A program made the position numbers and the translations under genes. This document shows, piece by piece, positions 52,643 through 64,000 of a DNA stretch of 64,000 nt. The notes under the pieces are model-generated. The model ran no database searches. It had not been told where the DNA came from and was given only the letters and a program-made list of their open reading frames with translations. Numbering within the stretch: position 1 is the first letter of the stretch; every line of letters begins with the position of its first letter. Source of the DNA: Trichosphaerium sp. ATCC 40318 (Eukaryota; Protista; Tubulinea); NCBI GenBank assembly GCA_038496445.1, contig JALMLS010000564.1, positions 124,001-188,000 on the forward strand, given 5' to 3'.

Positions 52643-54576
52643 ATGAAGAAGGAAGAAAGTGACACACTTCCAAAACCAAGGTTTAAGAGCTCTTCATTCA
52701 TTTCGGCTGGTTTAAAACGGAAACAAGATGAGCGTGCATCAAATGGTAATGTAACGGTTAAAGATGGTAAAAAACGAAGATTTACGCCTCCATCAACGAA
52801 GAGACAACTATTTACGCCACCCAAGCGTGTCACTAAACCGATGGCTTTAAAAAGTACTTCAAAAGCATCAACATCACCTAAAACGACTCCTAAGCGCAAG
52901 AGCCCAAAGCCAAAATCAGCTATTTCTTCTCAAAACTCAACATTAACAAACTTTTGGACAAACACGAAATCTCCAAGGAAAACAATGAGTTTAGCGGATA
53001 GAATAAGGCCGAAAACGTTTGATGAATTTTTTGGACAAGGAGACATTCTCGTCGATAATGGCATCTTAAAAGACCTTGTAACACTAGATCAAGTACCCTC
53101 AATGATATTCTGGGGACCAGCAGGTTCAGGGAAGACCACATTAGCAAGAATTATACAAAACACTACAAAGTGTGAATTCCACTGTTTATCTGCTGTTTCT
53201 ACTGGTGTCAAGGAATTAAAAGCTGTATTACAGATTGTAAAGAAGCATCCACAGAGACGTCATATACTTTTTATTGATGAAATACATGCTTGGAAGAAGA
53301 CACAACAAGATCTCCTTCTTCCTGAAATAGAAAAAGGCTCAGTCACGTTTATTGGAGCAACAACACGTGCGAGTGTTTTCCTTTCTCTTTTTTTTTTATT
53401 CATTCAGAAAGACGTTGTGGATTTTCTTGACATATTATGTGTTTAGAGAACCCTTCTTTTGAATGTCCAAGTGCTTTGTTGTCAAGGTGTATGGTCTTTG
53501 TTCTAAAGAAATTACAGAAGAACGATATTGAAAATATTATAAAACGTGGTGTTGAAAAACTCAATGAAATACGTAAAGATCAATCATCGCAGATTGTTAT
53601 GGAAGATAAAGGTATGCCTCACTTGCTTCCATAAACAAGCTCTAAAATGATGAATTAGCTCTACATTGGCTAGCAAGGTTAGCCGATGGAGATGCACGTG
53701 TGGCTCTCAATACGCTTGAAATTGTTTCAAAGATATCACCAAAAATCACTGCTGAATGTGTAAAGGTAGAGAAGGCATCAACGAAAAGAGGTTTCTCATT
53801 TTTTTCTGTTATAGAAAGCACTACAAAAAAATCATCTTATATACGATAAGTCAGGAGACGAACATTATAATCTAATTTCTGCTGTACATAAGTCTATGAG
53901 AAAGTCTGACCCAGAGTCTGCGTTATATTGGTACAACAATCGTTTCAAGATTTTTTTTTCTAGAATCTTTGTCTCTTGCCTTATTATTGCTCTGTAGGGT
54001 GATGCGTATGCTACATGGTGGTGAAAGACCTGAATATGTTGCTAGAAGGTTAATAAATTTTGCTAGCGAGGATGTTGGTCTTGCAGACCCAAGTACGCAA
54101 AAACGTGAAATGCAAATGTTGTTAACTGATTTTTTTTAAATAGATGCGTTGCCTATTGCCATTGCTGCTTTTCAATCCGCAAAGATGCTTGGTATGCCTG
54201 AATGTAAAATTAATATAGCACATGCTACTGTGTATCTAGCGAATGCACCAAAGAGCAGAAAGATATATGACATGATGATACAAGTACGTAATTAAATGGT
54301 TTTCTTCTTGACAACTTTTTTTTTTGATACTATTTGTACTACAGATGGAGAAAAAGATTAAATCAGATCCGAATGATCCAGTACCTTGGAGCTTAAGAAA
54401 TACCCCAACAACTTTGATGAAAGAAATAGCAGCCGTAAGTACACAAAGGAGCCAAAGTTGGATTTTAAAGGCCTTAACAACCCATTTTTGGGATTTGGAT
54501 TAAATTTCGGTTTTTTTAGGAAGAGCGTCCTAAGGAAGCTGCAGCAAATAATCAAAAACTTCGAAGAGTATTGTAA
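52643..54576 (+). CDS. WRNIP1: WRNIP1/Mgs1/RarA AAA+ ATPase
   Basis: [94 protein letters not shown]. The 5' end is uncertain. Confidence 0.93.
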
Positions 54577-54788
54577 ATATATTAAAGTCATTGTACACTA
54601 AACCTTAGTAATTTTATTATACACAAATATACAGGTTACACAAAAAGAACTTGCTTTCAAGCGTTTGTCGAAAAAACTACTTATCAAGGTGAATGTTTTT
54701 AAAGCAGGCTCACTCCTCCATAACATCCTGTACAGGTACAACAGGTGGCGAAGCGTTCAGCTTGGTATATAGTTTTTGCAACAAACGC

Positions 54789-55700
54789 TTATTCATCCTC
54801 GGCTAACTCAAAACCAGTGGTTATTATACGCTGCCTTTTCCTCTCGTTGTCTTCCAACTCTGAAACGCGAGCATCTTGTTCTTCAACTGTTTTTGCCAAC
54901 TTTTTTGTCAACGCTGTTTTGGCAGCTAAAGTCTAGAAGTACCATTAATGGTAAAACAACGCATTTATATTTGCTATCGCAAATCCTGAAGCTCGGCAGT
55001 TTTTTTTGATTTCAACGGTTTTTTTTGGATGTAAATTTGAACGTGCGCGCGAAAAATTTCTATTCGAAAGGAAGGGTAAAAGGGCATTTTTTGAAAAGGG
55101 TGCTAGCAGTTTTAACCAAAAAAACTGGCGAGCGTCTATTTTGGCGAAAGAAAGTAACTCCAACTACGAGCGTAAGCCACTTCGCAGCATCACGGATAAG
55201 GTACCGGCACCAGGGACACGATACACTCGCACGTTTAGTTTGTTAAGCTCGCACGCTCATCATGAGCAACATGAACCCCGGCACCTAATTCCAGTGAACC
55301 CAGCCTGTAATATCGTGATGCAAAGCACAAAGAGTTCCTTTCGTCGAGGTGCATACACTATAAGGTGCAGAGGCTCTCAAGTAAGGCGGTACCTATCGCT
55401 ACCCCTGCCGCCGGTAGAGAGCACTGCTCTGGTCCCGACATTAGGTGTACACCGTCGTCCAGTCGCTGGAAACGCTCGCAGAAAGAGTTTTAGAATGGTT
55501 ACGTGCCTTGTGTATTTGTATAGCAGCTTTGCGTTCTGAGTATGTAATTTTTGACTACTCGATAGCTTTGCCTCGTTTTAGGTACTTTCAGGGATAAGTT
55601 GTATGTTCAGGCGTCTTCCATACTGTTTCTCTAATTTTTTGAAATAGTGCGACTAAACGAAAGAATTTGCCGCGCTTTTTCACAATATTCATACGCATAG
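54789..55700 (-). CDS. Probable spliced hypothetical gene (only the last exon is resolved)
   Basis: Terminal exon after TTCTAG reads TLAAKTALTKKLAKTVEEQDARVSELEDNERKRQRIITTGFELAEDE*. The upstream GC-richer segments could not be spliced unambiguously. Confidence 0.3.
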
Positions 55701-56280
55701 CATGAGACGTCAATTTACACTTTATAAGGCTTGTAAGAGCAAATCACTAACAAATGATAAAGTCAATTTCAAAGTTGTAGAACCCTTTAGTCCAAATCGT
55801 AGGCAAAATGTCCTTCATTGATTTGAAGAGGTGTAGCAAACAAATGGTTGGGACTTATAATATTATAAGATGGTAAAATCACGTGGGTTTACTAGTGTAA
55901 TAGGAGAAGACAATGAAACTAATACGGATTGTTACGCTGTTTCTCTTGGCTATCTTCACTTAATCAATAATAGACGCCAAGAATACTCACTACGCGTTCA
56001 GTTTTAGCTACACTAAAGGTGTTACACCGGTGAAAAGGTAGCAAAGCTCCTTCAGTTACCAACCGTTTTATAATTGTAATACTGGCGTACTACGTTTATA
56101 TAGCGTGTTACTTCTCGTGGGTAGTATAACTCGTCTCGTGGAACAAAGTGTTCGTCGAGGAAGATAAAAAAAGTTGAAATTTCTGTCGCGTCAACTATTT
56201 CACTGAGGCAAGAAAAATAAAATCAAAACATAAATCTAAACAACAACAACCGAACAAGTATCTAAACAATCATAAACAAC

Positions 56281-57277
56281 ATGTCGAACAAACAAAGAAC
56301 AAGCACTAACGCCAACAAGACAAAGAAACGTGTTACTCAAAAGAAGAAACCAGCAAAGGCACCACCAACAGAGAAACAACTTAGAATGAGAGAAGAAGCC
56401 AAACAACGTAAACAACAAATGCTTCAAAAGAAAGCTCATGGAGAGAAAGTGTACGTTGACGTTTTAGATCATTCAAGCATTGGTTACTAATGTTCTTCGT
56501 GATAGTACAAAGAAACCCTCAGTTAAACCTGCAACTGTTGGAGGAGGTGTCGGAGGCACATTCATGAAGTCATTGCGTAAGTTCTCGTATTCAGTGCTGT
56601 GAAATTTATTCTAACAGTTTATGATAGCAAAACCTTGTGGCGTTGCTGGTTTGGGTCCATGTGTCGGAATCATCAGCCCAAATCCAAATGGCTCATGTTA
56701 TTGTGCTCATATCAGTGACTCTTGCTCAATGAAGACATGGTGGACAACATACGACAAGGTTCAAAAAGCAGTCAGAACTGCATGGATTGAAGAAAAAATC
56801 AAATCTGGTTTAGGTACGTTACTATTTGCTTTCTTTCACTTGGATGACGTAGCCCTAACATTTGGCCCAGGTAATCATCCGATCAGCAAAAGAACGTTCT
56901 ATGTCATGACAGGAATGCCAAAAGCCAATGCAACACTTGCAGCTGTACTTGAGGTGTTGAAGGGCGCTCACAAAGTGATCAACAAAACAGGATCTCAAGG
57001 ATTTAAAAGTGGATTCTACTTGGATTCAAAAGGTTCTATTCATCCACTTGTTGAGCCTGATGCACTTTGGGCATGTGGTTGGGGTAAAGACACAAAACAA
57101 GCACAACGATATAAGAAGATGCCAAATAACAAGATCAATGGAGATGGTGTATTCGAAGTACCTGATATGAAAAAGTTTGACAAAGTTGTTGAACAAGTAC
57201 GTAAGGCAAAGAAGACTTTGGCAAGTAAAGATGATCCAGCACTCAAGAAATTCAAACCAGTGTTAGCAAAAGTATGA
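56281..57277 (+). CDS. CheD/CNF1/YfiH-like Cys-His hydrolase (putative deamidase), copy 1
   Basis: 4 exons; Lys-rich N-terminus; VAGLGPCVGIISPNPNGSCYCAHI resembles the CheD-type LGSCV(x~14)AH motif. Confidence 0.6.
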
Positions 57278-57480
57278 ATGCACATCTGAGTTTTTACCAT
57301 TGAACTTCCACCTACTTCTTGAATGTACATAGTTTGAAATATACTAAAAAAAATGTTAAAACACAAGAGTAATTACTAAGTTCTTGGTAGTGTTATTCCA
57401 ACTGACGAGATTGTTTTTCTTTATTTTTTCTTATACAACACATCTTAGTCTGTTGCCTATCTATGTCTTTCTTCCCTCAC

Positions 57481-58677
57481 TCAGTCACTTTTTGCCAATA
57501 CTATTCCTTTTTCGTCAAGTGCTTCCTGTACACTCTCACCTTTAAACACAATAAGATTAGGACAAGCTTTCGCAATATTTCTTAATCCTTGTGGTGTCTT
57601 TCCAGATAAATACCCCACATCAAGATACTTCATTGTAGGACAAGATATACCTTCAAGATTCATACCAGTAAATTTAGTACAACCGCCTGCAATTTCCATA
57701 CGTTCTAAAGGTAACTGAAACAATAGTCTAAAAGCATCATCTGTTCCACTTTGATCAATATGGATATACTTCAGCTTCTTGCAATGAGTGAATAGAGCTT
57801 GTGCGAACTCCCTCTCAAGTGTACCCATCTTTAAACCACGTACATTACAAGAAAAAGGTAGTTTAATAAAAGGAATAGACTCAAGATTTGGCATACGAGG
57901 AAGAAACCAAGAAGCAACAACATCATGGTTTGTTGGCCTATTTGAGAGATTACTAGGGCATTGGAGGCTGAAAACTCGCAAGTTATGGAATGCAGGACAA
58001 GAACTCAAAGGCTCAGCTTTTGCTGTATTTCTAAAAAGAGGTTCATGCACTCTCCATTGTTTTGAGCTTCCATTGTCTCGCCATTTTACATGTAAAATCT
58101 CTAGACCTTTCGCCATTTTTAGTATACATTTAAAAAAGGGGAAAGCATTTCCACAGCCTTGTATGTTCGCCTTTGTTAATTCAGTCAGAGGTGATTTCTT
58201 TAATACTCTTTCTAGTGTCAGTAGTTGTTTTGGTGTATGATTTACGACTTTTAGGATCTCAACAGAACGAGAAATTTTATCAAAAAGTTTCGATAACACA
58301 TTTCTCTGTTCTTCCAATTCGACTCCGTTTGAAAGCTCTAGACCTACAACCTTTGAGCTGTTGGGAATATTGTCTAAAGCTTCTAGGACATCCTTTGCTC
58401 TTCCTGAGTCCATTGTTAAGAAAATTGATCTATCTGTGTATTCACTGAGCGAGTTTAACTGCAATGGCTCGTTTTTAAATTCCAATTGGAATAGCGGTTT
58501 GGCTTTCAAATTGTCTCGCCATGTCTTAGATACGCGACATACTACAGCTCGGGTGACTAGGGATAGGTACGGTCGGAGTAGGAAGACTGCAAGTGGTTGT
58601 GAAAAGCAAGACTCTCTAAAATTAGCTAGTTAATATTCCGTCTACGTTTTATACGCGCTTTTCGCGCTAAACAGCAT
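57481..58677 (-). CDS. F-box-like plus LRR (RNI/AMN1-like) protein
   Basis: Exon 1 MLFSAKSA joins in phase to ESCFSQPLAVFLLRPYLSLVTRAVVCRVSKTWR (F-box-like). LRR units include MPNLESI, CKKLKYIHI, CPTMKYLDV and IAKACPNL. Confidence 0.7.
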
Positions 58678-59297
58678 TTTAGTGACAATTGTGTAGGATG
58701 GTGTATTGTTAGGATCAACGTGCGACAGTGCTTACGTTTCAGTGCTTGTCATCGAGAACGCGTTCTTGTATGTCCGTGTAGTGTTTTAGGTCAAAATAAA
58801 TGAATTTGGCCAGAAAAAGCGACTTTCACTCATACTAATTTCGACGAAGATATTCATTGTGAACTTTGACGAAAAAGTGTTGATTACGCAGTGACACGTG
58901 ATTTAGATTGATAAAATCGGTTTGTGTTGGATGTACTTTCTCATGTAAAGATTCGTGTTGTTCACGATGTTTCTCGGTGAGATTTCACAAAAAAAAACAA
59001 CTTGTTTGATGTATTGGCTCTTGTTACGTTCCTAGCACACAGTAGAAGCTGTGATTAACAGTCAAAGCGGTAATACGGGCTATACGCAATAATAATAGAT
59101 TGATGAAGCTCTGGTAGGCACTGCCACTCGTTAGCACTAAAAACCGCGAAAATAGTGCACGTGTAGTAAAGTGTGTATCGAGAAAATAAAAAAACCAAAA
59201 TTGTTGTCATCATTGTTTTTCACTGACTTGTAAAAAAATCAAAATCAACAACAACCAACACACAACACAACAACCTTCAAAAGCAACCAACAAAACA

Positions 59298-60288
59298 ATG
59301 TCAAAACAAAGATCAACGACAACTGGAAACAAAAACAAGACAACGAAACGTGTTACTCAAAAGAAGAAACCAGCAAAGGCACCACCAACAGAGAAACAAC
59401 TTAGAATGAGAGAAGAAGCCAAACAACGTAAACAACAAATGCTTCAAAAGAAAGCTCATGGAGAGAAAGTGTACGTCCTTGATTTCATCTTTTGTATTCT
59501 GACTTTACGATAGTACAAAGAAGCCTTCAGTTAAACCTGCAACTGTTGGAGGAGGTGTCGGAGGCACATTCATGAAGTCATTGCGTAAGTTCTCATATTC
59601 AGTGTTTTGAAATTTATTCTAACAGTTTATGATAGCAAAACCTTGTGGCGTTGCCGGTTTGGGTCCATGTGTCGGAATCATCAGCCCAAATCCAAATGGC
59701 TCATGTTATTGCGCTCATATCAGTGACTCTTGCTCAATGAAGACATGGTGGACAACATACGACAAGGTTCAAAAAGCAGTCAGAACTGCATGGATTGAAG
59801 AAAAAATCAAATCTGGTTTAGGTACGTAACTATTTGCTTTGTACTATTTGATCGTGATGTATGACTCACCCTCTTGTCTAGGTAATCATCCGATCAGCAA
59901 AAGAACATTCTACGTCATGACAGGAATGCCAAAAGCCAATGCAACACTTGCAGCAGTACTTGAGGTGTTGAAGGGCGCTCATAAAGTGATCAACAAAACA
60001 GGATCTCAAGGATTTAAAAGTGGATTCTACTTGGATTCCAAAGGTTCTATTCATCCACTTGTTGAGCCTGATGCACTTTGGGCATGTGGTTGGGGTAAAG
60101 ACACAAAACAAGCACAGCGGTATAAGAAGATGCCAAATAACAAGATCAATGGAGATGGCGTATTCGAAGTACCTGATATGAAAAAGTTTGACAAAGTTGT
60201 TGAACAAGTACGTAAGGCAAAGAAGACTTTGGCAAGTAAAGATGATCCAGCACTCAAGAAATTCAAACCAGTGTTAGCAAAAGTATGA
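59298..60288 (+). CDS. CheD/CNF1/YfiH-like Cys-His hydrolase, copy 2
   Basis: Protein identical to copy 1 from KRVTQ to the C-terminus; same three intron positions. Confidence 0.6.
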
Positions 60289-61016
60289 ACGCACATCTGA
60301 ATTTTTACCATTGAATTACACATTATGTAAATACTGTTAATAAACAACTTTAAATCAACATCTGTTATCTATCTTGTTGTCTGATGCCTGATTAAACTAG
60401 CGAGATTTTTCACAAAGTAAACTCAAACCGAACAATGTAAATGAGGCTGAGTACACTGCCCTCGTAGATCTCATGTACTACATGGGGAAAGTACCATGCC
60501 GATATTGAAAATACTGGACTGACATTCAAGTACCATGACATTTATTTTGATATCTTTGGTGATGACTCATCATTGCTAAACCAAAAACTGACTTAATACT
60601 GTTTGATCGCGTTGAACTTGAAAGAAATTTGTGACTGTCAGCTTTCTAGCTCCAAACCTCACCTGACAACAAAACAAAAACATTTGCCTATTATTGTTAA
60701 AATGTTTAAATTTGTTGTGTTGAGTCTTAATCCCGGGATTTGACCTGAAATAGCGCTATTTTATGTTAGTGCTAAGCCTGATTTTTCGGGGCGGTTTGCG
60801 AACATAGGTAGTAGCTTTTTTGCAACTCTGCAAGTATGTCATGAGTGTATCCTCGTGCAGTACTTTACGTAAGCATAAGAACAGAAAGCCACGTGCATGT
60901 TACAAATTGGGAGTCTGTTTTTAACAAGTAGGGTTAACTCTAAAATAGAATAGAGTTATTGCAAGTCAAATCCTTAAGGGTTGTTAAGTTTAGTTTAAAA
61001 CAAAAACTTTTCTCAG

Positions 61017-61724
61017 ATGCGCATCACTTTATCGTTTTTAGCTTGTATTTTGGTGTGTTACGCCTATACCTTCACTGCTGATGTAAAGAATGAAATTCCA
61101 TCAACTTTGAACCTCATTTCATCTAAAATTACCATTGGCAGTACGTACCATGTAGATTTTGGCGGTTAAAGCTAATTTTTCGTTGGTTTCACAAAAAAAC
61201 CGCCACAGACTATCGCAGGAGGCGCTAGTACATATACCAATGGTGTATTTACGGCTGCTGGGTTACATGGAGTTGAGGTACAGATAACGTTCATCTTGTC
61301 ATGACACGTAACGCTCATGTTTTTCCAAAAGGGCTACGTACAGTACGAGAGCGCTAATAAGTTCGGAAAAGGTATAATGACATTTCTTACAACACTTCCA
61401 CAAACAGACTCCCTACGGCGCATCATTGTAAGCTAACATTGTATCTAGTGACATTTTCATTCTCCAATACAGCAACAAACCAAAACTACACTGCTGTTGC
61501 TACTCCTGTTCCTTATCTTGGTACGTACCTTTTTGGGTTCTAAGATAATACTATAAGTCTAACAGCGCTTGGTAGCTGGCATTGATAGCACAACAGGAAA
61601 AGTTGACGTTACAGTACAATACTGGTAAGTCTTGTGACTTTTGTTAATTTACTTTAATATTACTTTCAGGACTCACGAGATGTGCTTGGAAGGTGATAAT
61701 GGAACCTGTACCATCGTAGAATAG
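61017..61724 (+). CDS. Small secreted aegerolysin/Cry34-like beta-sandwich protein (6 exons)
   Basis: Signal peptide MRITLSFLACILVCYA, then VKNEIPSTLNLISSKITIGSFTKKPPQTIAGG...GLHGVEGYVQY...VTFSFSN...YWTHEMCLEGDNGTCTIVE. The pattern V.N....L.L.......G....PP.TI...G.EG.V.Y is present. Absent from the ORF track. Confidence 0.6.
61141..61185 (+). other. Candidate non-canonical GT-TG intron
   Basis: GTACGT donor (phase 1), GCTAAT branch-like motif, T tract and CGTTG end. The intron carries in-frame TAA stops, and neither nearby AG gives an open frame from this donor. Confidence 0.6.
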
Positions 61725-61857
61725 AACGAATAAATAACGAAGATTGTTGTTATCATTTTTTTATTATTTTACATGAGTGTCATCACACGTGAATCTAAGC
61801 GGCGTTTGTTAAAAAAGAACTCACCCAATCTCATACGTTATTACTAAGGTAGAAATG

Positions 61858-62683
61858 CTATGTTGACTCCAAAAACGAAGGTGTTATCTCGTCTAGGTCT
61901 ATTTGACTTGATGTAGCGACGAACTTTGATCTTTGACTACAAGACGTGAGTGGGATTGCGTTTTTTCACCAAAGCAAGAGAAAAAAAGCAAAAAAAGCAA
62001 AAAATGGTTGACATGTCACAATGCTCATTATTTGACCAGTAGTCATATAGCGGCGTACTTTTTGAGCATCGTGATTATACGCGACAGTACTACAATGTAT
62101 CTTGACGCCAAGATTAGAAAAACAAAGACATCAGCGAATTGAATTATTTTAGCGCCATGTATGTAAATTAATAGCGTCAGTGATGATAACCTACATGCTT
62201 TTAGCGTTATTTAATAGAATAATTCAAAGTTGGCATGTGTACACAACAGTAAAACAGTCTATTATGTTTCCCCAATGCGAGAAATACGCTCGGAAGCTCA
62301 TGTGAACGCGAAAGTACTGTAAACTGACGTCAAGCATTAGAAATAGATTAACTGTGATCTCCAGGGTAAAGAAAGCCCAGTGTTTGGGACTGTACGAGTT
62401 AAGGGCCTGTGTTAGTAACAACAAAAATAAAACGCGTAAATTCCGTTTTATTGGATACTATTGACGCCCTTGAACAACCACAGTCACTTCCTTGACACGT
62501 CAGCTACGAAATTTGATCAAACCGTACCCAAATTAGTAGCCACAAGTTAGTAATGATCATGAGTACGACAGAAGCAGTGTAAAAGTGTGAAAACAAGAAC
62601 AACGTTGAGCATACTGCAAGACGGTCAGATAGTGATGCCCTGCGTACTTGACTTATGCCAGAGTCAGTATCAACGCCTGACAT
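61858..62683 (-). CDS. Small 4-TM protein resembling a stand-alone voltage-sensor (S1-S4) domain
   Basis: S2 FFTLEITVNLFLMLDVSLQ; S2-S3 RAYFSHWGNIIDCFTVV; S4-like LASRYIVVLSRIITMLK; no pore domain before the stop. Confidence 0.6.
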
Positions 62684-62907
62684 GTGTTGAGCGCTGTGTG
62701 GCGTACATTGCAATGACTTAAAACAAACAGGCTTTTAAGCAAGCTTTACAACGCTCAACAGTACTAGTTTCTGTACAGAACAAAGCTACCATTTGAAGGT
62801 ATTCCCACTAGAAGAGGTTATGTACATGGTAAATAATCACGTTTTCCTCATCATTGTAGTCTACATTTATTGTCTCTTTTGTTTTTTTTTTGTTATTTTT
62901 TCTTGGT

Positions 62908-64000
62908 TCAAAAATCTTCATCAACCATGAATTGTACTTCAAACGGACTTCCTTCTACATGCTCTCCGTCCAGTGTTACTACTACTTCAAATTCTCCAGC
63001 AGTTTTAGGCGTTGTTGTTAACAAGAAATTCCCGTTCTCTTCTCGTGACACTGCCACTTCATGACCCTAGGTTTTTGGTCAGTTGACCTTCAATTTTTTT
63101 TCTTGGACTTACTGGTATTGTAGCTTGTACATCATACTTTCCTTTTGTAACTCTATTGTAGAATTTGTCTTTAAGTATCAGCTCACCTGTCATTTGTTCC
63201 CCTGAACGCAGTTTTTGTTAATATAAACACGTGATTAGCAATAAAACGTACCAACCATGCCGCCATAGGCAAGTTCTCCATCTAACCTACACGTTGCAGC
63301 TGTTGCTTTACTAGGAGATACGTATAACTACAACATTGTCAGGTGGGAATACGAAAGAAAAATAATCAATCGTACCTGAAAGGGTGTGTCTGAGATGGAT
63401 TGTCCATCTTCAAGTACAAAGAATTCGTAGCGTCCTGTTCTCTCAATATTTAGAGTAACGACATAAGATCCATCACCATTACTCTTGACAGGTATATCTT
63501 CCAAATCCTCTTCCTTACCCTACATAAAAAATTGAGGTCTGTATCACGTGTTTCAAAAAGACAATGAAAATGAAGAATACCTTTAAAACGCCACATATTA
63601 CCGCTTCCTCCTTGTAAACCTGTTCTCCATAAAAATCTTTTGTAATGATAGTTAATCTGAATACTACACCCGCCTCTACCTTGTTGCTACCCTGGGTGTA
63701 ACATGTCAGTCATACATTGTTAAATCATGTTTTTTTAACTGTAACGTCAAGATGTCACAAAATCTGCGTTAAATGTTGTCATTTTCTTACGTATGCGTAA
63801 GCAACAATGGCTTGCACCATAAAGTCCATATCATCGAATAAAGGATCATCGTCATCATCTAAATTAATAGTAAGTAAAATGGAGGTCAAACGAACTATAT
63901 ATACAACCTTCAGCACGTTTTACGATTGGCGAATGCAAAGCAGTTGATTTTTCTTCTTGAGAGGCCAGTAAGTTCGTTGCTTTTCTGGTAGGTTCAGGAG
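62908..64000 (-). CDS. Filamin (ABP280) repeat protein, 3' part; 5' end lies beyond the window
   Basis: Two repeats: VKSNGDGSYVVTLNIERTGRYEFFV..DG..I..TPF and EENGNFLLTTTPKTAGEFEVVVTLDGEHVEGSPF. Confidence 0.8.

Overview
Gene-dense, AT-rich, intron-rich eukaryotic DNA. The gene content (Frizzled-like GPCR, RasGEF, CH-RhoGEF, STE20 kinase, filamin repeats) suggests an amoebozoan-like protist; this is inference. The standard genetic code applies. I spliced about 31 genes by hand; most introns are 35-150 nt with a GTACGT/GTAAGT donor consensus. Main signals: (1) relaxed splice-site usage, with about 10 GC-AG introns (mostly GCACGT/GCACGN donors) and three candidate GT-TG introns ending in GTTG, each of which restores a conserved or motif-like protein segment; (2) intron-bearing genes with 'conflict-system' folds, namely a duplicated CheD/CNF1-like Cys-His deamidase pair flanking an F-box/LRR gene, a NADAR-EEP fusion, an R-S-E ADP-ribosyltransferase-like gene and an aegerolysin-like secreted protein; (3) a histone H3 variant with a capped and lengthened tail; (4) a Tra2/SR45a gene with a 504-nt candidate regulatory intron; (5) a domesticated integrase H2C2 protein, a divergent RBX1/APC11-like RING protein and a secreted DUF4185 protein. 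No tRNA, rRNA, CRISPR array or intact transposon was recognised. All gene models and family calls come from manual motif reading, not database searches.
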